A program made the translations under genes and the position numbers. This document shows, one piece after another, positions 11,147 through 24,400 of a stretch of 64,000 nucleotides of DNA. The notes under the pieces are model-generated. The model ran no database searches, had not been told where the DNA came from, and saw only the letters and a list, made by a program, of their open reading frames with translations. Each line of letters begins with the position of its first letter. Positions within the stretch are counted from its first letter, which is position 1. The DNA is taken from NCBI RefSeq assembly GCF_009914755.1, contig NC_060926.1; one strand, written 5' to 3'. Source of the stretch: the human T2T-CHM13v2.0 reference genome, Homo sapiens.

Positions 11147-13910
11147 GTAAGTAGCGTTGGTTTTGTCTCCAGTGCAGACGGCTATGCACTTCACTCTGGA
11201 AGAATTTCTATTTTCCAAACTGCTATTTGTTTGTTTTTCATCTCCTTTGAATTTTGCCTTGTTTCTACCCTTTACATTTCATTCCCAATGCCACTAACTC
11301 TCCAGGCCAAATCACAAATAACCAGTCTGTGCCTATGAGAAGCCTCCCTAACTACATTTCCCATCTCCAGTCTCTCCCTCACTTCTGCTTTTCATGCACA
11401 CTACTGAAGATACACCTTGAAAAATGGCATATATACCAGGTGGGCTGGGAGTGTCCTCCAGTTTCTTGCTTAAAATCACTTATAATTTTTTAAAAACTTA
11501 AATGTATGAATGGCTGTCAATATACTTAATGAAGCTTTTCCCAAAATAAGTATCAAAAACTTCTCCAGTTCTCACCTTTAGCTGAAACATAGACTGTACC
11601 ACATTGTACCTTGGTCCTCTCTTGAGATCCATTCCAGTGTCCTCCGACATCAGTTAATCTACACTTTTCATAATGGAAAAATCAAAAACATCTTTAAATT
11701 AGTGCCCCCAGAAAATATAAGGGTTATCATAGACACTAATTGTACAGCCTAGTTCTATGCAAGTTTTATTTGTATTTTTTCTCTTTTTGAGAACTACTAA
11801 TCCACAAGTGGAGTGTAAACATGTACTTCGTTTTAGGTATACCATTCTGCTTCCCCAAACCTTACTCAGTATTAAGTGATTTTTCTTCCAGGAATCCTGC
11901 AGAATATTCTAGGTATTATGGTATCCTTTCTTCACAGTCAGGGAAATCAAAGTGAGAAGCACACAGCTATCAGATAGGACCTTGGTAATTCATAGCAAGC
12001 GAACAAAATCTTCAAAGAAAAAATGCCCACAGAGTTCTTGTAGCACTTCAAAATCTTAGAAATTTTGTAGTAAACACAAATTTGTGATAAACACAATTTT
12101 GTGTTTATTTAGTGTTCAAGTAGATCAATTCCATGGGCTCAGGGAACATGTGAGTTTTTGCATATGGCTATAGCCCCAGTATGGAGACTAGGCTTGCTCA
12201 TACTAGGCACTTAATCTATATTTCATGAATGAATGAATGATTCAATCAATCAATGAAAGGATAAAAGTGTCAGATTATTATTAAGCTTTTGTTTTCTTTA
12301 GCTTCCTTTCTTAAAATTCAGTTTTAGTTTTCCCTTTAAGGTAGTCTTTAAGTACATTTAAGTAAAAATTCAAACATAAGCTCTAAGGAAAAATAATCAA
12401 CGTGAAAGACAAAGTTCTGTGACTAGCCATGAGACTAGTTAAAAGGCTTTATACTCAGAAAGTCTGCCCAAAAAAGAAGAGATTTTTTTTTCTTTTCAAA
12501 TAACACCAGCAGCTATTGAGCTAATCTGATCAATGAGAATGATCGAATAGCCAAATTGGACTTAAAAAATAAAGCCATTCACTGTATATTTCTAGGTTAT
12601 TAAGTTTTCTAAATTCCAAAATATTCTTTTTGTTCAGTGTTCTGTAAACACCACCTAATTTCTTAGCATTTAGCACATCTATTCTTTCTTCTTATGTGAA
12701 GATACATGTTTCAATATGCCTCTACATAAATATTTCCACTTAGAGAGATGTCATAAAATGTCAAACATGGAACTTTTTCATGATCCCAATAGGCCTAGAA
12801 GGTAAGCATGTCAAATGTCCCCTAGTTAGCACTGGAGAAAGATGGGTGGTTACTTCAGATGACACTGGCTCCTCCTCTAGCTTCTCTGTCTCTTTCCTTC
12901 CCTCCCCTTCTGGCCCTGTGTCCTCTTCCTTCTTAAATAATAGTCACATTCACTGAGTCATATTAAAGCAGTTTTATGCACTAATTTCTTTGAAACTCAA
13001 TATTGATACACACCATTGGACAAAGCCGATGTAACATTTTATTGAGGAAATTGAGAAATTATAGCCTCCCCAGATGTTTTTCCAGCCAGACTACATAGTC
13101 ATACACGTATCATGCCATGCATTTACCAAAAGTGAGAAATGCTTCATACCCTGTAATCATTTGGTAAAAAGTAACTGAGAAATCAAATTTTAGAAAACTG
13201 ATTTAAATTCATACCATATTTGGTAAACAGAATACCCTATTTTTTAAAAAAAGAACTTAAAAATATTCAGTACTCTGATGAGATTTTAAGAAATTCTGGA
13301 TACCCATATAAATATCTGTAGAAAATAATTGCTTTACACAGTACTGTCAAATTTTGGGTTGATTCAGCCCCAAAACTTGTAAGCAAATCAATAGCTAAAA
13401 CCCCATAAATAAGTTTCATCAAATATTATGTATTTTCTCTACCTTGTACTTTCCAAATTACTGCAGTAATATATGTTGCTCAAGCTGACAAATGTAGAAA
13501 ACACAGAAAAACATAAAGGGAAAGTAGTTTAAAAATGGAAATACCACCAACTAGAGATAACCTCTGTAAACTCTTGGTGTATTATGTTGGAGACATTTTT
13601 GAGCATGTGTGCACACAAAACCACACTCAGACATGTGGCCACATGTGTACTTTTTTCCCCCAATTAACCTGGTGATGTTCTTTTTAAACCATTTGATTGT
13701 TACCTTTTCACTTTGCAGTATATAGTGAATATTTTTCATATAATAGTCCTCTAAAATAAAATTATAATGACTACAGAGTATACCACCATATGGAAATCCC
13801 ATAATCTATTCAACTGTTTCCGTGGTGTTGAACATTTAGATTGTTTCCTCCTTTTTAAAGTTGACCAATAAAAACTCAGTGAGTTTTTGACCTTCTTGTA
13901 CCTACATCTT

Positions 13911-14205
13911 TTTTTTTTTTTTTTGAGACGGAGTCTCGCTCTTTCGCCCAGGCCAGAGTGCAGTGGCGCTATCTCGGCTCACTGCAAGCTCCTCCTCCTG
14001 GGTTCACACCATTCTCCTGCCTCAGCCTCCTGAGTAGCTGGGACTACAGGCGCCCGCCACCGCACCCTGCTAATTTTTTGTATTTTTAGTAGAGACGGGG
14101 TTTCGCCGTGTTAGCCAGAATGGTCTCGATCTCCTGACCTCATGATCCGCCTGCCTCGGCCTCCCAAAGTGCTGGGATTACAGGTGTGAGCCACTGCGCC
14201 CGGCC
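13911..14205 (-). mobile_element. AluY, full length, antisense to UNC80
   Basis: Poly-T plus Alu consensus with Y diagnostics (gcaagctcc, ccattctcc); TSD TTGTACCTACATCTT at 13896-13910 and 14206-14220. Confidence 0.95.
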
Positions 14206-14814
14206 TTGTACCTACATCTTAGTACGTTGTCCCATAATTTCCATGAGATTACTTTCTGGAAATTGAATTTCTCTGTCAAGGGCGGTGATATAAGCTTTGG
14301 ATATCGTATTGCCACATTACTTTAAAGAGAGGTTGGATCATTTTACCTCCCCACTGGGAGTATAATAGTAACCATTGTTTTCTCTCCTCCCCACCCCCCA
14401 CCCCGCACCCCTCATGAACTCCCTTAATCACTGCTAATTTATTGAGTAAAAATAAAGATCTTACTTCAGCTGCCTATGTTTTTTAATTTCTGGTGAGATT
14501 AAATTCTGCATATTATTGGCCACTGGTCTTTTTCCTGTTGTGGAATGCCCTACTCAAAAATCCCCTTGCAGGTATTTCTATTTGTCCTACTGAGTTGTAC
14601 TTATTTTTTACTTGCAAGCCCTACCTAAGTTTCTTTGACTTACTGGTTGTAGGATAATGCATTTCCCGGGTGTGGTGTGATGGCATTCCATGCATTTAAA
14701 TATTTTTTTAAGAGTATTTGGTGTTCAAGTATGATACTATACTGGGGTGATGCGTGGGGAATGAGGAACAGTGCTGCACAAGCCTTAGGGATCTTTAATA
14801 AAAAGTTAAATATT

Positions 14815-15061
<247 letters not shown>

Positions 15062-15356
15062 TTATGACTCACACCTGCAGATGAATACCTGCAATAATAT
15101 TTAATGTTTTTATTAAAGTTGAAAAAACCTGACCACCTCATGTCATAGCAGAGACATGACTATTTTCAAGAAGAGCTCAGAAGATGAACCTTGATCTCTT
15201 TCCTCCCACTTCAATGCCCACTCTTCCCACATTTCAGCCCATCAAAGATCATTTTGCATGATTTGCCTAAATATCATTGACAGGAAGATGAAAGAAATTT
15301 AGGAGAATTTCTCAAGTGTTGTCAGAAGTTTAACCCTATCCTCTGCTTGCCTACAG

Positions 15357-15571
15357 CGATGAACAAATGCAAGGAGCCAACTTGGGGCGGAAAGATTTCT
15401 GGCGTAAGATGTTCAAGTCCCAGAGTGCAGCAAGTGACACCAGCAGCCAGTCTGAACAGGACACTTCAGAATGCACGACTGCCCACTCAGGGACCACCTC
15501 TGACCGACGTGCCCGCTCACGATCCCGCAGAATTTCCCTCCGAAAGAAGCTTAAACTCCCCATAGGTAAAA
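15357..15571 (+). CDS. UNC80: UNC80 coding exon F (215 nt; 209 nt with the upstream donor after 15565)
   Basis: Acceptor ctctgcttgcctacag|; DEQMQGANLGRKDFWRKMFKSQSAASDTSSQSEQDTSECTTAHSGTTSDRRARSRSRRISLRKKLKLPIG(KR); donors TAG|gtaaaa and AAA|gtatgt. Confidence 0.94.
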
Positions 15572-15684
15572 GTATGTCTGTATTTGTTTATGGATTATCT
15601 TATTACCAACCATGTCCTCAGATCAACTCAGTGATGCATAGTAGGGCCGAAAAAGAAGACCTTCAAGTCATAAGACCTAGACTG

Positions 15685-16440
15685 ACTTCATTCATTCATT
15701 CATTTAATTTTTCCCACAGTATTTTTCAATACCCTACTATGTGCCTCTTCTGTGTGCAATCACTACACTAGCCATCAAGGATTAAATAGCAAGCAAATAC
15801 ACACAGCCTCCTAACTTTGCTAAACTTGTAATATAGTAGGAGCCCCAGTCATTAAAGCGGATAATCATACAACTAAGTGTAATTGCAAACTATGAATTTT
15901 ATGAAGGAAATATACATAGTTCTACGAAAGCATGCAACAATGAGACCTGACCTGAATGTGGGGGAGGAGGCAGAAATCAGGGAAGGCTTCCTAGTGGTAG
16001 TGGCATTAAGATCTCCGGGATACTTGGGAGAAGGAAGGAGAGCACTCCAGGTAGCCATTATTTGCAAAGATATTAGGAGGCTGAAGGGAAGTGAAGGAAC
16101 TGAAACAAGGGGACAAGTGGCGGTATGACTATAGTAGAATGATAGGGGCCAGATCAGGTTGACTCTTCATTCTAGATCCCTAGATAGCCAAGATGGGATG
16201 TTGAACAGGAGAGTAACTCAAGCAAGTAAACTTTTTGCAAAACTTCACTGCATGGAAATCATACTGGAGGGAGCATAAGTAGATAAGGGAGACCAGAAGG
16301 AAAGTTAGCTAGTAGGTGAGGTATAAGTAAATGGAAGCTTGGACTGGGTGGTGGCCATGTAGGCAGAGATAAATGAACACATTTGAGAAGTATTTAAGAG
16401 GTAAAATTCACAGGCTTTAATGAGAGATGTGAAGCTGGAT
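15685..16440 (-). mobile_element. L2 LINE fragments
   Basis: (TTCA)n 3' end followed by diverged L2 body (aaataccctactatgtgcc; tcagggaaggcttcct). Bounds approximate. Confidence 0.55.
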
Positions 16441-16676
16441 AGATGATGGTTTCCTTTCAACCCAGATTCTTTTCGTCTTGGTCCCACATGCTTATGCAAT
16501 TTTATAGTCTAACACTGAACATTTTTATTCAAAGCATGTACATTGAAAACAATTTGTTTTTCTATTTATACCAAGCCATGTAACTTTCATCGCTTGTTGG
16601 GCTTATGTTGACATTTCTGTTTAATTGATTGGATAGAAAATGCTACATTGATCTAAGTGATTTAACTATTAAATAG

Positions 16677-16783
16677 GGAACTGGCTGAAGAGATCATCCC
16701 TCTCAGGCCTGGCAGATGGTGTGGAGGACCTCCTGGACATTAGCTCTGTGGACCGACTCTCTTTCATCAGGCAAAGCTCCAAG
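16677..16783 (+). CDS. UNC80: UNC80 coding exon G (107 nt, phase 1-0)
   Basis: AT-rich acceptor tttaactattaaatag|; NWLKRSSLSGLADGVEDLLDISSVDRLSFIRQSSK; donor AAG|gtaaac. Confidence 0.94.
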
Positions 16784-17431
16784 GTAAACAGGACATAACT
16801 TGTGTAAGTGACTGTTGAAGTCGCTGATACAAACATGTGAAGGCTGAGAAATAGCAAACACCTGCAGGGGCCAAATAAGGAAAAGCTGAAGAAACTCTCC
16901 AGATGAGCTAACTTTGGAAACTTAGATAAGCAATGGAAACTAAATTGTTTAAGTAGTAGGCTATCATAGGAAGGGAAAAAGAAAAGTGTGGTCAAAAAAT
17001 TATATAAAATTATAATGCAGATATAGGGATGTATATAGACATTATTTCCCAGCTATTTTTAACTTTTAACACACCTATGAAATGACTGACATCTCAAACT
17101 CCTGTCCAAGGATCTGGTAATTTTACAGTGATCCCTTTTACATATTAAGACACACATAATTCATCCTTTTCCCACTACTTTTGGCACCATGTGAACCACT
17201 GTCTGTATTGAAAAGAAGAAAGAATCTCGGGATGACCTTTTTCACTACACTCCTCCTTCGTAATACTGTGAAGCACTGGAGTAACGTAAGGTTTCTTCTG
17301 AGAGTCCACCCTGTGGTTGCTTCATGGCCTGGTCATTTGTATGCCTAATTTTCAGCATATGATAAGAGTTATGTTTCCTTTTATGTGTACAAATTATTTG
17401 CTTGCATTCTTTTGTTTTCTAATCTCACTAA

Positions 17432-17784
<353 letters not shown>

Positions 17785-18484
17785 AAACCAGTTTTCTTTT
17801 ATCTAGTCTGTTTTAAAAGTGATATTTTGAAATTACACAAATAATATGCAAGACTATAGCATATTTAGAAAATATATGTATCATTCCTTCCTTACCTTCT
17901 ATTTGCTAAAAAACATAAGTCATGTATTTGAGTTTGTGTGGCCCATAGCTTCCTTGCTGTGCGAAAAATTTTGAGTACTGCTGAGCTAAAAGCAAGATGA
18001 AGAACATATTTTAATTCTTAGAAAGAGAAACATGTTATTACATTTTTATTATAGTACACTCTATAAATTACCTTATACTGATTCTTTCACAGAGATTTAA
18101 AGTATTCTATTTAGCTATCTTTCACTTTGGTCTGATTCTCAATTGTGGTATTTGTAAAGAATGACTATGTCTCGCTATTCATTAATTTCAGTTTGGACTT
18201 TATCAGATTTAAACTCTAAGAATATCTCAATTATTTTTATAGCACCTGATTATTTAGCTTTTAATCTGGGACCTGGTTCCTCCTTTTAGTTACAGTGATG
18301 TCTTTTTTGGCACATGGGAATGAACTACACTGATGACCAAACTAACCAGATGTGGAAGCCAGAAGAGCAAAGTAATAGTATGAAAATGAGTAAACAACTC
18401 ATTTTCAAGTCAAGAGTTGATCTAACCACAAAGATTTACCTTTGAATCTTATCTCTCTACTTTCCTTTTTTTTTCTTTTTTCAG

Positions 18485-18581
18485 GTCAAATTCACTAGTG
18501 CTGTGAAGCTTTCTGAAGGTGGGCCAGGAAGTGGCATGGAAAATGGAAGAGATGAAGAGGAGAATTTCTTCAAGCGTCTTG
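18485..18581 (+). CDS. UNC80: UNC80 coding exon H (97 nt, phase 0-1)
   Basis: Long T-tract acceptor ...ttcag|; VKFTSAVKLSEGGPGSGMENGRDEEENFFKRL(G); donor TTG|gtaaat. Confidence 0.95.
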
Positions 18582-18849
18582 GTAAATGTCATGCATCCTA
18601 AGAATTCTATTCAACTTTTATCACACAGAACAAAAACTTGATTAGATTAAGTGGTCCATTTTCTATTTTCATTGGTTTTTCATTCATTTCTTTCTCATAC
18701 ATGCCTTTTACCACTGTCTATAGCTTCTGTTTTTGCAATTTGATTCAACAGACATTTATGGAAGCCTTACTGTGTTCCTCACTCCATGATGGGCACTGGG
18801 TTTTCAAAGAGTAAGATCCAGCCTCTTCTGCTGTTCTATCCTTTATTAA

Positions 18850-19400
18850 AATCTGAGAACTTTACAAAACTTCCAGAGATCCTTTTATCCACCCACCTAT
18901 CTACTTACAAATTCTGCTCAGTATATCCCTGAAAGGTGGCCAGCCACCCTCTGCACACTTCCACTGAGGGGGAGTTTATAACTTTACAAAGCAACCTGTT
19001 CTAGAGCAAGACAGCCTTAATTATTAGAGAATTTTTCCTTACATTCTGAAGACATACTTATCCACAAATTTGCTTCATTTGTCCTAGTTATGATGTCTGT
19101 ACCAAGATGCACACACATACACATCACATACACTCTCACACACACATATCATGCAAGCTCCATATGTTATCCATTTCGTGTTCTCTCTTTTGATCTCACT
19201 GCTGCTAGTTAGAAACATCTTTGATTTCTTTACTTTTCCTTATGTGGAAGTGTCTCTAGATCCATCACCATTCTGATTCCTTTTTATTATGTATTTTAGT
19301 TAGATGATATGCTTTTCTACAAAATGTGGAACTTAGGATGGAATGCAATATGCCATATTTAAAATTAATTAGTATAGTAGATAGTGTAACTATTAAGCTT
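18850..19400. mobile_element. L3/CR1 LINE relic
   Basis: CR1-like motifs (ccagccaccctctg...acttccactgagggggagttt...cagccttaattattagagaatttttccttacatt). Confidence 0.45.
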
Positions 19401-20495
19401 GAGGACTACATGAAGTATATGAACACAATTTAAAATTACATTTTCTGTTTTCATATCACATAATTGGTTTGTATTGATTAATTTTTGCTAGCTTTTTTTC
19501 ACATGGATGAATATCATGGTATACTTTAATATAGCCATTATTTGTTCTTCATTTCAAAAATGATGAAAATTTATTATTTCATTAACTTAGGAGGTAGTTA
19601 AGTCACTCCCCCAGGAAGGAAATTAAGAGACAGAATCAATAATTTTGAGGAGAATCCATTTTCAATCCTTTTACACTCTTTCCACTCCTCTTTGAGATTA
19701 AAATATAAATAAATAAGCAAATGAATGAATGAATGAATGAAAAGAGAATCAAAACTAAATTGAACTCTGTCTTTTCTTCTTTGTACTATAAAGATCTGTC
19801 TGCAGAGACATGCACATTCCCCTGTTCTCACCCAAGTTGTTCATATTATTACTGAACAGGACAAATGCAAAGATGTAACTCTAAGAATACTTCTACTTGA
19901 CTTTGATTAATTAATAATTTGTGGGTACAGATTTTTAGTGAACCATACAGTTAATTTTCTAGTGATCAGAGAACTTTCCCATATCACTACAGAAACATCA
20001 CCAGAATTTAGCAAAACATGCCTATGATATCCTTACAACTCTATCAAAAAGAACATGACTTAGTTCAGCATAATGAAGTTACAGTGATTCCTATGATACT
20101 TCTCTTTTGAAAATGTTCCTATCTATTTAATTATCTCTTAAAGAATTTGGCGAGGGCAAACATCAAGTTTATTAGTCTCTGTGGTTTTAAGAATCTTCCT
20201 AATAACCAGGACATTTGTCATTTTCAATCCTTTTACACTCTTTCCACTCCTCACGATATTTTGGAGACAATATGTCTCACGGTCAGACGTCAGTATTATA
20301 AAGAAATTTTCTTGTGCTTTTTTGAGAATGAAGTGTGGAACTAAAGTGTGTTCTCCAGGTATGTGTCATGCTAACTGGATGTCATTTGACTGGAGCTGCA
20401 ATCACATCTTTAAGTTCTCTTTATGCACTAAAGTATAACTGAGGCTTAAACTCAAAGAATGTAGGGTCTCTCACATTTGGTGAATATTTCTTCTT

Positions 20496-20588
20496 TTTTC
20501 AAAATTCCTTCCTTCCTTCCTTCTCTTCTCTCCTTCCTTCCTTTCCTTCTCTCTTTCTTTCTCTTTCTCTTTTCTTGCTCTTTTCTTT

Positions 20589-20636
<48 letters not shown>

Positions 20637-20745
20637 TCCTTCCTTCCTTCCTTCCTTCCTTCCTTCCTTCCTTCCTTCCTTCCTTCCTTTTTCTTTCCAA
20701 ATCTCCTTCTTTCTTTCTTTCTTTCCTTTCTTCCTTCTTTCTTTT
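20496..20745. repeat. Compound (TTCC)n/(TTTC)n polypyrimidine microsatellite
   Basis: Directly visible; gives rise to the spurious K/E/R-rich and F/L/S-rich ORFs. Confidence 0.95.
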
Positions 20746-21054
<309 letters not shown>

Positions 21055-21074
21055 TAAGTGAACTTTTTCTGTCT

Positions 21075-21445
21075 GCTGCGAACTGAATGTGTATATCCTC
21101 CAAAAATTTGTCTTGAAGCTCTAATCCCCAAAGTGATAGTATTTACAGGTGGAGGCTTTAGGAGGTGATTAGGTTTAGATAAGGTCATAAGGGGAGCACT
21201 TGTGATGCGATTTTAATGCCCTTCTTAAAAAAAAAAAAAAAGGAGGAGACATAAGGTCTCTCTGCATGCATACACCAAGGAAAAGCCACATGAGGACATA
21301 ACCAGGAAGAGAGCCATCACCAAGAACCCGAACATGCGGACACCCTGATCTCGGACTTCCAGCCTTCAGAACCGTGAGACATAAATGTTTGTTGTTTTAA
21401 GTCACCCAGTCTATGGCATTTCATTGTAGCTGACCTGATTATGGC
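21075..21445 (+). mobile_element. MaLR LTR (MLT1A/MST-like)
   Basis: tgctgcgaactgaatgtgt...ctaatccccaaagtgatagtattt...gacttccagccttcagaaccgtgagacataaatgtttgttgttttaagtcacccagtctatgg. Confidence 0.85.
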
Positions 21446-24400
21446 ACTATGCTTCCCCGTTTGTAGATTTTTCTCCTTGGTGGAAAAGATAAAAGCATAA
21501 TTGACTTGTTTACACTCTCCTTTTAATTCTCCTACATTCTCTTCTTATTCATGTTCCAAACACATTATCATTACCATTTCTTACAAATGTTAGTTCATTC
21601 TGGACTTTGTGTTTTTATTACCACGATTCCTACGGATTTTAGCCATTGCTTCGTATATTCTTTGTATTCCATTCACAGATTCAAAAGATCTGATATGGAA
21701 TATTCATAGAGCCAGATTCTACAATGAGTTTGTGTCAACAATACCTGAAATGCAGTTTATTTTTGCATGTCTAGAAAACAAAGCCATAATATTTGAGATT
21801 GTTATCTGGAATATTTTATGTGCTTTGGGCTGGCAAGAGAATATAGCTTGTATATCACTATTCTTTGCCTATGTTCTCTTGCTTTTTAAAAATTATAAAA
21901 AAGATATTCCTTTGGAATTGCTTGCAGAAAATGAGTATCTCCAGCTTAAACAACATTATCTGCTTATCTAAGTACATTGTATTTTGCAACAACTACTGCC
22001 CTTTATTGCGCAAACATCATTCTATTTTTGAGCCTGCTTTTTTCCTTACTTCCTTTTCTGATTCCTTCCTTTCTTTCCTTCTCTCTTTTCTTTCTCTTGA
22101 TTTCTTTCTTGCTCTCTCTCTTCTTTCTTTTCTTTCTTCCCTTCTTTCCTTGTTTTTCTTTCTTTCCTTTGCAATCTATGTGTATAAATGATTCGTACCC
22201 AACCATGATAGATGTGTTGTCTTTTCTCATCTAAATTATCTTAATTACAGAATTTCTTTGTTTCTTTCTTTAAAGTTGTTAAAGAGAACAAACATCAAAC
22301 CTTCTTACCCTCAGTTTAAATGCAGTACTTTAACTTCACTGATTTGAGATGAAATGCCAATAGAATTTCTTTAAAATTTAAAAGTTATTCAATAAATAAA
22401 AACTGTATCTGGTGAACATGAAATAGAATTGAAATTACATTCAGAAATCAGCTTTTTCTTTTGTGTTTTCATATTCACTGAAATTATTTCATTTTAAAAA
22501 TCATGTTGTCTCTATTTGAGGGAAGGTGTTTGATCAATTAAAACAATTTTTTTCAAGTAATCAACACGTTTACTGCACATCTTGTATGTTCTCAGCTGTG
22601 CCATCAACACAATGGGAAATGCTGCTTAAGGAAATACTAGATTTCATATGTCTGAAACTTTGTACCCATAAGTGTATATGATAATGATTTGCCAACTAAA
22701 AATAATATTAAAAAACAAGTAGGATATTTTTATACATCCCTTATTGGATTTAAAAGCTTATAAAAATGCATTCTACGTAAATAGAATTATAATTACACCT
22801 CAATATACACCTCAACATAAAAAATAAATATTAAACAAATGCAGCTAAAATATACTGAGGCTAAAAAAGTAATCGTTATGTCTAAGGAAGCCAAGAGGCA
22901 TTCTTACATCCTAGTGTATTGCTATAAAAAATTGATTAAAAAATACATTTTGCAGCCAAATTACTTTTTGACATTTCTTTTAGTAGTACAATATGGAATG
23001 CCAGCAGGATACAATTTTATCATCAGTGTATCATTAAAAATACAGGAGAAAACCCAAGAAATATAATATGTACAATGAGGAATTATTTCTTACATTAAGT
23101 TTTTCTAACATGATCACTACCTTCAGCAGAGTATAAAAGTCTGACCTTCTTCCATATAAACATTTGGTATTTTAGAGATTACATTGTGGCATTGTGGTAA
23201 GAGTGCAGGTTTGTGCACTCTCAGTGGATCTGAATTTAAATCTTGCCTTTATAACTGTCCATTGTATAAACAGATTGGGCTACTTAACCTGTTCCTTCAC
23301 CTGTTCCTTCTCTCTTTATCTCTCTGTCTCTGTCCACCACTCTCTCCTCACCAACAGACCCATACACCCCAAAAATACATTCTCTTTTAAAATAATTTTA
23401 AAAACTTATCTTATAGGGCTATGGCAAAAAATAAAGAAAATTAATTATAAAATATTTCATACAGTACTTGGGATATACTAAGTGCTCAAAAATAGTACCA
23501 AAAATATATCAAAAATATATTCTTATCTATTAATGCTATATAAATACAATGCTATATAAATACAATGGAAAATGTCCATTATAATTAGCTTTTATTAATA
23601 ACATGATTCTTACGTCCTGTGCTTATAGGATTCTGCTGATCTTCTGACCTGTAATAAATATATATTATTCTGTGAAGCAAAGAATATAGGTTCTTGCTGT
23701 CAGTGAATGTTTTGATGACTTCTCTCTTCATTATTTTACCTACATCCCTTAACTGCATTATTTCTGAAATTCTTGCAATTAAAATGGCATTTCTTTTAGT
23801 AGTATTGAATACAATTCTTTTGAAATTGGTAATCTTGTCAAATAAAAATTGAAGAAATTTGTGAAATACATATTCTTCATGCTTCCTTAAATAAAATGAT
23901 CTCAACTGTTCTTAATAAATTTGATAAATAAGAATAACTTCATTGATCATCTATCTGGTCTTATATATTAATTCCATTACAAATTTTAGGCAGTTATTAC
24001 CTAATGTATTTTAAATCTTAATTATAGCAACAAATAATAAAACAACTGGATTCACAAAAAAGAAAAATCTTATTATTTGAAATGTCTCTTTAATTCAAAG
24101 TTTAAGGGACTGTTTATACTTTTTAACAGATGAGAATCCTTTGGTATACATATTAGTATACTTTATATACTATTAAAGGGGTATATATAAATGATTAATA
24201 AAGTGACATATAGTTATAAAAAATAACAGGAATTTACCTGTTCTAGTAGCTTTGGTAATGTCCAGTGAGGAAATAGAGTAGCATTTTGAAAGGGAGCTGC
24301 TTGAAAACAAGGCTCTCCTGGAATTGTTTGTTCCTCGTCTATAGCTTTTCTTCTTTGTATCATTTGAGATTTTGTCTTTTGAATTTTTTCCACCATCAGA

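Noticed and set aside
15572-15771. ORF continuing 200 nt past exon F
   Set aside because: The extension runs into L2-derived (TTCA)n sequence; most likely chance read-through.
21977-22234. Hydrophobic and basic ORFs
   Set aside because: TC-rich low-complexity DNA.
23532-23567. 16-bp tandem repeat AATGCTATATAAATAC x2 containing TATA-like motifs
   Set aside because: Short duplication in very AT-rich DNA with no other promoter features.
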